64,000 nt of DNA from Balamuthia mandrillaris (Eukaryota). Positions within the stretch are counted from its first letter, which is position 1, and each line of letters opens with the position of its first letter. The stretch covers positions 62,001 to 126,000 of the forward strand of contig JAVKOQ020000105.1 of the NCBI GenBank assembly GCA_031835245.2. Direction: 5' to 3'. Positions 11,335 through 22,620 of this stretch are shown here, in pieces. The notes below the pieces were generated by a model. The model saw only the letters and a program-made list of their open reading frames with translations, was not told where the DNA came from and made no database searches. Position numbers and translations under genes: made by a program.

Positions 11335-14300
11335 ATGAACAAGCTGCTCTGCATTACGCGTCTCAATGCCAACCACTGCAGCAGCAACCTGTTTGCTGGG
11401 GTTGGCCTCGGGGGACGACGACAGAGCGAGGCCAAGGCCATGGGAGCAGCGTTGTGGCCCAGCGGCGTGGGCGCCAGGAAGGGAGTCCTCTCGTCCCTCC
11501 GCTTCCCCCGCCAGAGCCCCTTCAGCACTCACCCCTACCTTCAGGTGTTGTATTCTCTCATGTCTATCGCTGGAGTTGCCCTTGCTTCTCTCTCCCTTCT
11601 CTCTCCTTTCTCTCTCTCTTCTCCCTTCTCTCCTCTCTTGTTTCTTTGTGCCGTTTGGTGTTTCTTGTCGACTTTTCGATCACTCTCTCCTCTCCTTGCT
11701 CATCTCTTCTCTCGAATCCTCATTGGTCTCTCCTCTCCTCTCACATCTCTTCTCTCCTCTCTTCCCGAAAAATTTAATTCTCTCTTGTCCTTGTCCGCTT
11801 CTCCGCGCGCTGAAATTACCCTCTCTCATCTCTTCTCTCCTCTCTTCTGGAATTTTTTTTGTGTTTCTTTGCTTGACTCTCTCTTATCCTTGCCCGCTTC
11901 TCTGCGTGCAAAAATTACTTCTCTCCTGTCTATGGACTTCCCTGGTCTCATCTCTCCTCTCCTCTCTCAGCTCCTCTCCTCTCCTCTCTTCTCTCCTCTC
12001 CTCTCTCGTCTTTAAACTCTCTCTTGTCCTTGTCCGCTTCTCTGCGCGCTGAAATTACCCTCTCTCCTGTCTATGGACTTCCCTGGTCTCATCAAAAAAA
12101 AAAAAAACCAATCAATCCAACAATAGAGCGATGCTCATCATGGCCGTGACTTCCAATACGACCTCAACCGCTCGCTGCGCAGGGAGGGGATCGAGATCTT
12201 GGCCCCCGTGAGCGGCGCGCAGACGGACATTCTCACCCCGGCCGCGCTTCACTTTGTGGCCGACCTCACCCGCAACTTTGATGGGAGGAGGAGCGCTCTG
12301 CTGGCCGCGCGTCTCCAGCGGCAGGAGGAGCTGAGGGCGGGCAAGTGGCGGCCGGACTTCTTGCCGGAGACGCGCTTCATCAGGGAGTCGGACGAGTGGA
12401 AGGCCTCGCCGGTGCCGGCCAGCATTCAGGACAGAAGGGTGGAGATCACGGGACCGGTCAACAGGAAGATGGTCATCAATGCTTTGAACTCGGGTGCTTC
12501 TTGTTACATGGCTGACTTTGAAGACTCCAGTACGTTGAGCATAAATCTGTAGTTATTCTTGTTCTTGTTATCCTTGACTTAATCGTTAAAACCAAAAAAG
12601 ACTCTCCGACGTGGCGCAACAACGTGGAAGGCCAATTGAACCTTCGTGATGCAGTCAACCGTACAATCGACTATGTCGGCCCGGAGGGCAAGCGCTATGA
12701 GCTAGCCCCAAAGACTGCCACGCTTTTTGTCAGGTCAGTTGTGTGTTGTGTTTTCTCTTTTTTCAAGCCCCTCTCGTCTTTCTTTCTTTCTTTCTTTTCA
12801 ATGAAGCTAACAAACAAAACATACAACAGACCAAGGGGATGGCATCTAACAGAACGACACATGCACGTCGATGGCAAACCTGTTCCAGCATCCTTCTTCG
12901 ACTTTGGCTTGTTCTTCTTCCACAACGCCAAGACACTGTCTCAACAAGCCTTAGGTCCTTTCTTCTATCTGCCCAAGCTGGAGAACCACTTGGAGGCTCG
13001 TCTCTGGAATGATGTGTTCAACTTTGCACAGGATCGTTTGGCAATCTCTCGAGGCACGGTCAAAGCGACGGTTCTTATAGAGAACATATTAAGCGCGTTC
13101 GAGATGGACGAAATCCTTTATGAGCTGCGAGACCACTCGGCAGGTCTCAACTGTGGTCGATGGGACTACATATTCAGCGTCATCAAAAAGGTTCGGCCTT
13201 CGTTTCTTCACTTCTCGTTATTCTGTTTCTCCCGTTCTTACAAGTTGCTGTTCTGTTGCCTTGCGAAACTCTTTTATTCTCTTTTTCTCTTCGCGATAAA
13301 CAGTTTAAGGACTCGCCTGTGAGTGTTCTGCCAGACCGCTCCGAGGTAACCATGCAGCAGCCCTTTATGGAGGCGTACGTGCAGCTGCTCATCGAGACCT
13401 GTCACCGCAGAGGAGTGCACGCGATGGGAGGCATGGCCGCTCAGATCCCCATCAGAGGGGATGATGCTGCCAACGATGAAGCCATGCGCAAGGTGAGAGA
13501 GGACAAGCTAAGAGAAGTCAAAGCAGGGCACGACGGCACATGGGTGGCTCATCCCGCTCTCGTTCCTCTGGCCAAAAGCATCTTTGATGAGCATATGAAG
13601 ACTCCCAACCAAATACCAACTAACGGAAGAAGCAACGGCCATCACGACCAAAAGAAGGAAGAGGGAAAGAAAAAGAAGATAACGGCACAAGATCTGTTAA
13701 ACTTTCCACGAGGAGAAGGTCGCATCACCGAGAAAGGATTGAGACAAAACATAAGCGTCGGTATTCAGTACTTGGAGGCTTGGTTGCGTGGCAACGGCTG
13801 CGTGCCGCTCTTCAACTTGATGGAAGATGCCGCCACTGCTGAGATCTCTCGCTTCCAGGTCTGGAGTTGGGTCAAGCACAAGGCAAAGCTCAACGATGGA
13901 AGACAAGTCAACCATGACCTGTTGGTTAGCATTATGGAGGAGGAGCTCACTAAAATCTATCACTCGTTGGGAAAGAAGGAGTACGAGGCGAGCCGCTTCA
14001 AGCTGGCATCGAAACTCTTCTTAGACTGGTGCACTTCCAGCAAACCTCCCGAGTTTCTCACCGAAGTGGCCTACAACTTCATCCTCGAGCCTCAACTGGC
14101 CAAAGATGTACTCCGCCAAAGCTCCATGATGATGATGCACCCACAGGAAGGAGAAGGAGGACAACCAGGGATGGATGATGAGGAAGCGACGTTTTGGATG
14201 GAGGTAGAAGCGTTAAAGAGGGCGTGGGCTCATCCCAGATGGAAAGACACTGTTCGTAACTACAATGCTGAGGACGTCGTTCGTTTGAGGGGCACCCTCA

Positions 14301-15787
14301 AGAGACAATACCCCGCCAATCCTGCAGCCAGAAAGGCATGGAACCTCTTCACCTCCCTACGAGAGAGCAAAGGCTTCAGCTCCACATTTGGCGCCTTGGA
14401 TCCAGTGCAAGTTATACAGATGGCAAAATATCTCACCACCATTTACGTCAGCGGCTGGCAGAGCAGCAGCACCGCCTCCACCTCTAACGAGCCAGGACCT
14501 GACCTAGCGGACTATCCCATGTGCACGGTGCCCAACAAGGTGGACCAGCTCTTCCGCGCTCAGGACTTTCACGACAGGAAGCAAAGGCACGAGCGCAGCT
14601 TCATGTCGCCCGAGCAGAGGGAAGCCACGCCACGCATCGACTATTTTCGTCCCATCATCGCCGACGGTGACACCGGTCACGGCGGCTTGACAGCGGTCAT
14701 GAAGCTCACCAAGATGTTCATAGAGGCAGGCGCTGCGGGTATTCACTTTGAGGACCAGAAACCAGGCACCAAAAAGTGTGGCCATCTTGCTGGCAAAGTG
14801 CTGGTCAGCACGCAGGAGCACATCGATCGTTTGTGTGCTGCCAGGCTGCAGGCTGATATCATGGGCACGGAAACCCTGCTCGTCGCCCGCACGGATGCGG
14901 AGGCAGCTACGCTTCTGGACTCCAACATCGATGGCAGGGACCACCCGTTTATTCTTGGCACGACTAACTCCTCTCTGGACGCTCTCAACGACCTCCAACA
15001 GGAGGCCATCGCCAAAGGCGCCACCAGAGAGGAACTTGAAAGGCTCAACGAGGAATGGGAACGCAGCGCCAACCTCTGCACCTTTTACGAGGCCGTCGCC
15101 GCTGAGTTGCGTCAACGCAAGAACAGGGGCGAAACACTGGCCCGAGAGTGGTTGGAGAGGAGCAAAGACCTAGACCTCAACGCCGCTCGCAAGTTAGCCG
15201 CCAGCAAAGAGTTTGGCGTCAACACCGACTTTTACTGGGACTGGGACAGGCCCCGCACGCGAGAGGGCTACTATCGCCTGCAATGCGGCGTGCCCATTTG
15301 CATCCGTCGCGCCATCGCCTACAAACCCCACGCCGATATCATATGGATGGAAACGAAGAAGCCCGACCTGCAACAAGCCAGAGAGTTTGCGGAGGGGGTG
15401 AAGCGAGTCTACCCCAACGCCATGCTGGCCTACAACCTCTCTCCTTCCTTCAACTGGTCGGCTCACGGCCTGAGCGACGAGCAGATCCAACGCTTCCAGT
15501 ACGAGCTGGGAGAGGCTGGCTTTGTGTGGCAGTTCATCACAGTGGCTGGCTTCCACGCCAACGGTCTCATCACCACCCAGCTGGCCAAGGACTTTAGCGA
15601 GAGGAGAATGTTGGCCTATGTGGACCGCATCCAGAGGCAGGAGAAGGTGCACGACGTCCCCACCTTGACCCACCAAAAGTGGAGCGGCGCAGAGTTTGTC
15701 GATGCACAGATTTCCATCGTGACGGGCGGCGCTTCCTCCACTTTGGCGATGGGCAAAGGTGTCACAGAAACGCAGTTTAAAGAATAG
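11335..15787 (+). CDS. Bifunctional malate synthase-isocitrate lyase (MS N-terminal, ICL C-terminal) with putative mitochondrial presequence
   Basis: Exons at about 11335-11544, 12127-12529, 12601-12733, 12830-13190 and 13304-15787. MS motifs [32 protein letters not shown] and [13 protein letters not shown] motifs [27 protein letters not shown] and YNLSPSFNW lie in the same open exon. Confidence 0.95.
11781..12093 (+). repeat. Three imperfect copies of a 45-70 bp unit in intron 1 of MS-ICL
   Basis: ctcttgtccttgtccgcttctc(c/t)gcgcgctgaaattaccctctc at about 11782 and 12021, with a diverged copy at about 11881. The last two copies extend with ctgtctatggacttccctggtctcatc. Confidence 0.8.
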
Positions 15788-15819
15788 AGCGAATATGAAA
15801 ATCTTTTTGTTTTGAATGC

Positions 15820-18163
15820 TTATTTCTTTGGGTCTTCTTCTTCTTCTTCTGCAGTTGCTGCTGCTGCTTTTTCCCCTTTGCTGTTGTAGTTGATGCTCTC
15901 ATCATCTTGTGTTTCTGGTTTGGGCGGGCCGTCCTTGCGAAGAGGATGCAACAGGGTTCGTCGTCGACGATACCCGCCGTCCGTGTGGACGCAGAGAATG
16001 GTGACGGCGTTATGCACGACCTCAGCATGCATCGGGGTCTGTCCGAAGAGATCGCCGTCTCCTTGCACTGGAATGCTTTCCATGTTGTTGAGGTCATGTT
16101 CTTTCGCCTCTCCCTTCTCCTCTTCCTTTGCTTTTGCTTGTTTGGGTTGTTCTTTTTCTCCTTCTTCTTTTCCTTCTGCTACTGCTGCTTCTTCTTCTTC
16201 TTCGGTGGGCAGAACGACGTCGATGTCGACCGTTTTCTTCGCTTTGAGGTAGTAAACGTTGTGGTTGTGCCAAGGTTTCTTCCAGAGGAGGTCCATCATC
16301 ATGTGGCCGTACTCCCATACAGAAGAAAGTTTAAACACGCAAACATCTAATACTCCGTCGTCCGGTTTTATTCCTGGTGTTTTTTTAAAGATGAGTGAAA
16401 AGAGCGCACAAGAAGGAAACTACAAAGAGAAATGATAATTGAAAAAAAATAGATAGGAACAAACCAGGTCCCCAGGTATATCCTGGGCCAATCCCAAGAG
16501 AGCTCGAATTTGCCAACACAATCTCCGATGCATTCACGATATGCTCATTGCCATCTATTGTCAACCTAAACGTACGGGGCTGATAGCCAAACAAGCCCTT
16601 GAACGCCGTCCAAACGTAGGCAGACACTCCAAACATCCTCTTGGCCCTGCGTTGAGCCTGTTGCACCGTGATGGCTCCCAACCCAATGTCCACGTGTAGC
16701 ACAAAGTACTTGTCGCCCACGCGGATCAGGTCCACCTCTCGTTCCTTCAATGTGCCTCCTGCCAGCAGCCTTATGGCCTTCTTGGCGTTGCGAGGGATGC
16801 CCATCTCCTGTGCGATGGCATTGCCGGTGCCGTAAGGAATGATGCCGAGGGGCACCTGCACATCGCTCACCGCCAGTCCGTCGATGATCCAGGAAACGGT
16901 GCCGTCGCCGCCGGCCGCAAAGAGGTAGTCGTAGCGACGACTTTCGAGGGCAGTTCGCACGATGTTAGGCACGTCATCTCCTTTCTGGATATCGTGAATG
17001 TCCCATTGCCATGATGGTGGTGTCGGCAGTGGTGATAAAGTAGGAGAGGACGATGCAGAGGAAGGAGCGGAAGAGGTAGATGATATTGTGCCAGTTTTCT
17101 TGGAAAAGGTTCTTCTTTTTTTTGGTTCTTTTGTGGTTGTTGAAGAGTGGCAACTGTTGTTTTTTTTCTCGTTATTGTTATTGCTTTCTTCTATCTCCGT
17201 ACTTTGCTCTCCAGTTGTTTGTGTTTTCTCCGACCCGCGTGGTGTGTTGTTGGGTTGTTTGCTCTCATTCTCTTTCGTTTTCTCTTCCTTTTCCTTGTGC
17301 TTGTTATTCTCGTCCTTCTCTTCACTACTGCTGCTTCCACCCCCTCCTCCATTACTGATCTGTGCTTCTGCTGTTTGCTCTTCCTTTTGTCCTTTCTTCT
17401 TTCCAATGGTATGACGCTTGTGTTTGTGGTTATTCTCCTCTTTCTCGTCCCTCTCTTTCTCTTTGTTGCTCTCCCTCCTCTCTTTCTCTTCTTCTGTCTC
17501 TTTGTTTTTGTGGTCCTTGGTGTTACTTTTGGTGTTTGATCTTGTTTTGTTGGTGTTGTTCAATGGCGGCAGGGGCTGCTGCTGCCTAAAGTATTTGTCA
17601 AGGTACTTGAGCATGCCTTTCCTGTCAGCCGTTCCCGACAAAGCGTTGAACACGATGAATATTCTCCTCGTGCTCGTTGTGGGGGCGGTCGTCGCGGTGG
17701 TTGTCGTCGGTGGCGTCGCAGAGCTCGTCGACGTGGCAGCATCCCGCTTCTCCTTGGGCGAAACGACGGTCATGGTGGCGCTCCTCTTTTTCGTCTTAGT
17801 TTTTGTCTGTTTTCTACGTTTTTTTTGATCCGGCACCACCGCTCTGCTGCTGCCGCTGCTGCTACTGCTACCATTTTCTTGGTCGTCGCTGTCCGAGGAG
17901 TCGCTGTCGGTGTCCTCGCTGGTGAAGCTCCAGCTGTTGACGAGGTGGCCTCCCTCCGCATCCCGCGGCGTGGTGGCTTGCCCAAACGTAGCGACCACCG
18001 CGTCATCCTCCTCCTGCTGTGGTGGTTGTTCTGCCGCTTTGCCTCCTAGAGCCGCTTCTTGTTCTTCATGATGGTTCTTCTTCTTGGTAGATGAATCCTC
18101 CTCTCTTGGGGAGAGCGTTTTGTCCCCTCGCGGCTCGGGCATGCTGCTACGTCGCTTCCGCAT
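15820..18163 (-). CDS. Diacylglycerol kinase catalytic-domain lipid kinase (YegS/BmrU-like)
   Basis: Motifs IFIVFNALSG, AAGGDGTV, LGIIPYGTGN, G|IKPDDGVLDV and VQGDGD. One GT-AG intron at 16374-16464. Confidence 0.85.
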
Positions 18164-18507
18164 CTTTTACTCTTTCCTATCGCCTTTTTTTACCAACTTT
18201 TTTTTTTCACCTGTATGCATAATTATTTATCTTGGTCGGCTCCTTTATTGCAATTTTTTAAGGGGAGAAACTTGGGTTCCGATTGGCCAATGTGGCGGAA
18301 ATTTCAAAGAAAAGGATTTAAAAGTGATCAGATTTTGGTCCGAATGTCGACAAAATGTATCGATTGATCACATTCCTCTCGTATACAAAAGGTATAGGAA
18401 TGACAAAAATTTTGAATGCCTAAATTTTTTTGATGTTTTGTCGACACTTGGTCTCATTATCTGAATTCTGATTGGCCTTTTGAATTCCTATCTGAGAGAG
18501 TGGGGGA

Positions 18508-19766
18508 ATGAAGGTCGATGTGCTCACATGGAACGTGCATGGCTGGCAGGACGCGCTCGGGCAAAGCAACTCCAAGAGGGTGGCTCGCTTGTTGGTCGAG
18601 CGAGATGTGGACGTGGTGGCCCTGCAGGAGATGCGCCACCCCCACTCCCGCTGGCTGGCCTCCGACTTTGACGCTCGCCATGAGTCCCCCAAAAGCACCG
18701 AGCTGGAGCTTGTCCTTGCTTCCCTTCAACAAGCAGAGGATGAACGCTGTGGTATGAACCACTCTCCTTCTTTCTTTCTTCCTTTCTTTTTTTTTTCTCA
18801 ACAAAAAAAAAAGGAAGAGAGGCGGGCGTCCTTCCTCGTCAGTGGAAGTTCTTCTTTCAGGACAATGGGATAGGCTACGGAGGTACCGCCATTCTAACGA
18901 GGCTCCCCGTGCTGAGCAGCCATTGCACTTTGCTGCGCATTCCTGATGTATCGGACGACCGCAGCTTCGTAGCTGTGGAGCTCGATATCTCTGCTTCTTC
19001 GTCTGCTTGTTCTTCTGCTTGTTCTTCTTCTTGTTCTTCTTGTTCTTGTTCTTCTTCTTCTTCTCCTTCTCCTTCGTCATTCGTTGTTTGTTGCACTCAT
19101 TTGGATCACCGAAGCGAACGACGACGTTTGGCACAGCTGAGACTTTTATCAGAGAAGCTTGCTGAAGCATTTCAGCCTCCACGCTCTTCTTCCTCCTCAG
19201 AAGGAGAACCGCATCAACGACATCAAAGAACAAAACCGCCTATTCTGGAACGGCCTCATTTGTTGGTAGGAGACCTTAACGCACTTCGAAGAGAGGACTA
19301 TCACGAGGAAGAATGGCGACGATTGCAGATGGTGAGAGAGCACAACCGTTGGGAACCCGTTCGCTCCGATGTGGTAACTTGGTTGCAAGAAGTAGGTGGC
19401 TACACAGAACCTTGGTCTTTGCGAGATGAGGCACCTGCTCCTGCCCCAACGCGACAAGGACCAGGACCACAGCGTGAACAGAGAGAAGAACACCAAGACA
19501 AAGAAAAGGAAGAAGGCGAGGATGAAGATGACGATGTGGAAGACAGAGAATGGATAGATCTATGGAAACACTATAGCAGTCCTATTCCGTATACAAATCA
19601 CGCTGGAGTTCGCATCGACTATGTTTGGATGTCGAGCAACTTTAGGGAACAACTCGGAACAGAGGTGGTCCATAAAGAAGTAATGGAGTTTGAGACTAAC
19701 GAAGAAGACGAACAAGTGGAACCATCTGATCATCGACCTGTCCTCGTGCGCTTTTGCTTTCACTGA
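18508..19766 (+). CDS. Endonuclease/exonuclease/phosphatase (EEP) family protein
   Basis: Motifs LTWNVHG, DVVALQE, CTHLDH, LVGDLN, RIDYVW and PSDHRPV. One intron at about 18752-18813. Confidence 0.88.
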
Positions 19767-19937
19767 CGGTGAAACTACAAAAAGAAAACAAAGGTAACAA
19801 AGAGAGACAGAGAGAAGAAAACAAACAGCAATGTTTTTATGTGTAAATATGCTTTATTCAACAATTTAAAGCCAACATTATTATTTTACATAACAATATA
19901 TAAATAGCAAAAACAAAAAAAAAAATCATTCTACGAT

Positions 19938-20159
19938 TCAGTAGTCATCGAAAGAGAAGCGTTGGGGAGGGCGCCTGTCCCGTCGCGTTTGCACGTGCTG
20001 CCACTGTTCCAACTGCTGAGCCTGATGGCGGGTCATTCTCATGCGGCTGCCCTGCCGCTCCAGCTTCCTGGCGTTCTCCTCCAAAGTTTTCACCTGCCGG
20101 ATGGTGTTTTGCATGGTGAAACTGGCTTCGCGGGAGAGTCTTTGGCTTCGTGGGTCCAT
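19938..20159 (-). CDS. Small hypothetical helical protein (73 aa)
   Basis: ATG-initiated, GC-richer ORF MDPRSQRLSREASFTMQNTIRQVKTLEENARKLERQ..., flanked by AT-rich sequence. Confidence 0.45.
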   Translation of the reverse strand: MDPRSQRLSREASFTMQNTIRQVKTLEENARKLERQGSRMRMTRHQAQQLEQWQHVQTRRDRRPPQRFSFDDY

Positions 20160-20688
20160 TTGGGAAAAAATTTTCCAAGTCTTGTTGTCTTGTGTTTGAA
20201 TTGTACAATTTGCATTCAAGGGAAGAACGAGCATTTATGTATAAATTTCTGAGAAATAAAATTTTTCCTGGAAATGAAGAATGGATTCTTCTAAAAGTTT
20301 CAATATAACCACCCATCCGCAAATCAAAGAGCGAACAAAGCTGCTGCCAATCAAGAATCAAAAACATCCCTAGATTAAAAAACACAAAGGGAGGAAAAGA
20401 GGATGAAATTTGAAGACAGAATTTCATGTCGACGTGTATTTGGTATATCGACTATGAGGTATCTGCCAATTCATCTCACCCTACTAGGAAGAAATCATAT
20501 CCCTCCATCCCAAGCAATTAACGAGTGGCAGAAGAAGAAGAAAGAGGAAGACTACCCGCTGGCAAAACTTCTTTGCAGGCCAGTGCATTCCTCTCTCTGC
20601 GTCTCTTTCCCCGGTAAAGCCCAAAAAAAAAATCGACGGAGACATTTCACACACGGAAGATCAGAGAGAAAGGACAGGAAAGTTTAAG

Positions 20689-21939
20689 ATGATGCCACTT
20701 GCCGGCAGACGCGTCAACAACGGACAAACCACCTACGACTTTGACACCTCCCCTCCTCATGTCTTTACCGCCAAAAACCTGCCGCTTCAACAGCAACTAC
20801 GGCCTTTCCACACACAACGCCTTCCTCGCTTGCTCTGCTTCCTCTTCCTGCTCTTCGGCCTCTCCTACTTTGCCTTCCGCATGATCTCTCCGGAGGATAC
20901 CAGCCTCCTCGTCTTGCAACACCCTTTCACGGGGCCATGGGACATGTCTTCCTGCGCCAGCTTTCCTCGCCCTGAACAAAAAGTGGCGGAACCTTGGCCT
21001 GTGGAGGTGTGGCAGCGACTATGGCTCAACAACACTTTGGAAGAAGGAACTAAAGAAGCCCTAAAGTACGTCATCGAGCGGAATAGATACCTTTTGCCAG
21101 AGCTTTCGGTTGTCCTTCGAGATGAGCGGTCGGGTAAGCTGCACCAACCCACTTTCGCCTATGGCACCATGTTCTTCAGCAGCAGCCATGTGGCACCAGC
21201 CAGGCAGCTGGCTCGCTCCCTGATGGCCTCCGGCTCGCCCTATCCGCTGTTCATGATGGTGCCAGCAGAGTTAGGACCGCAGGTGGCCCCTCTGCTCCTC
21301 CAGGAGCCCAACGTGGTGGTGCTGGGCTTGCTCAAGGAGTTCCAGCACTTCAACAAGAACTTCAAGTTCCAGCGCTGTTGGAATAAGTTGCTGTGGTTCC
21401 AGATGGCCAAGTTCGAGCGGATCATTCATGTGGACACAGACGTGGTTGTGAGGCATAACATTGACCATCTCTTTACCAACTTGGATGCGTTGGTCTCGGT
21501 AGGACAGGCAGGAGAAGGCAAAGAGGCAGATCAGGCTTTTCCTCTCTTTGCCATGGCCCATGACAGTGCAAAGGCGGACCATCCAGCGCCTGGCTCCTTT
21601 GGCCATGCCCAAGCAGGAGTGCTGCTGCTTTCCCCTTGCTGCTCTCTCTTCCACCAGATGGCCTCCCTGTCCGAGAACAACGTTGCCCTCACCTTTCCCT
21701 ACCATTATGCGGAGCAGCAGTTCTTCCAGTGGTACTTCTCCTGGTTGGCTATCTCTCTTCCCACTCGCTACAATGCTATTCCGTTTGGGGATCTCAAGGG
21801 GTCGACCGTCATTCGGGACGCATTGGTGGTGCATTATGCCGGAGCCAAGAAGCCTTGGGAGTATGATCCCATCGTTGCCACTGAGGATTGGACTCCTGAC
21901 TTTTGGCCCACTGCTGCCGAGGAGAAGGAACACGCCTGA
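20689..21939 (+). CDS. GT8-family glycosyltransferase (glycogenin/galactinol synthase-like fold), type II membrane, intronless
   Basis: N-terminal TM, then WNKLLWFQMAKFERIIHVDTD, NIDHLF, AGVLLLSP, YAEQQF, LPTRYN and VHYAGAKKPW. Confidence 0.88.
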   Translation: MMPLAGRRVNNGQTTYDFDTSPPHVFTAKNLPLQQQLRPFHTQRLPRLLCFLFLLFGLSYFAFRMISPEDTSLLVLQHPFTGPWDMSSCASFPRPEQKVAEPWPVEVWQRLWLNNTLEEGTKEALKYVIERNRYLLPELSVVLRDERSGKLHQPTFAYGTMFFSSSHVAPARQLARSLMASGSPYPLFMMVPAELGPQVAPLLLQEPNVVVLGLLKEFQHFNKNFKFQRCWNKLLWFQMAKFERIIHVDTDVVVRHNIDHLFTNLDALVSVGQAGEGKEADQAFPLFAMAHDSAKADHPAPGSFGHAQAGVLLLSPCCSLFHQMASLSENNVALTFPYHYAEQQFFQWYFSWLAISLPTRYNAIPFGDLKGSTVIRDALVVHYAGAKKPWEYDPIVATEDWTPDFWPTAAEEKEHA

Positions 21940-22620
21940 GGAATTCCACGAAAGTTTGGCCGAGTAAAATTTAAATACTAATGTCTCTCTCTCTTTCGTT
22001 TATGTCTGTTGCTTTCATTCTAGCGTGTATTTCATTGGTCCCTGTTCTGTCTTCTCCCTTTCTTTCTTTCTTATCCCAAAAGATAAATGGCCTTATTGCT
22101 CCGAATGGAAGAAAATCTACAAACGTCCGTTGTTCGTTCGGGGCGCAGGCTGCGAACGAACGAACAAACACCCTTTCCCTATTCAAAATTAACAACGAAT
22201 AGGGGTGGGTGGGAAGTCGTTTTTCTCTCTGCCCCAACTGCAACACTCTCTTACCACCCCTTTCTGCTTCTCTCTTGCTTTCTTTCTTCTCTTTTTTTGC
22301 CCACCTATTATCAGGATTCAACACCATCCTAATAGGGCCAAGCTGTCTCTTCGACCATGAAAACGTGTAGCGAATTTTTGTTTTTTTTTGGTGTTTTGGA
22401 GTAGCAAGCAAGCAGGGAAGCAAGGAAGGAAAAATAGATAAAAGGAGTAGCAGAGGGAAGAAAGCAAAAAGCACACACACAAAGGACGGGACGAGCAGCA
22501 ATAATACCTCTTTGGGGAGGGTAGGTTCGTTTCAGGTTTTACCGTACGGCACATTCAACAACTTTAGGAACTCCTCCCTCTTCCCTCTTCTTCTTGTTCT
22601 TCCTGCTGCTTTGTGAAAGA

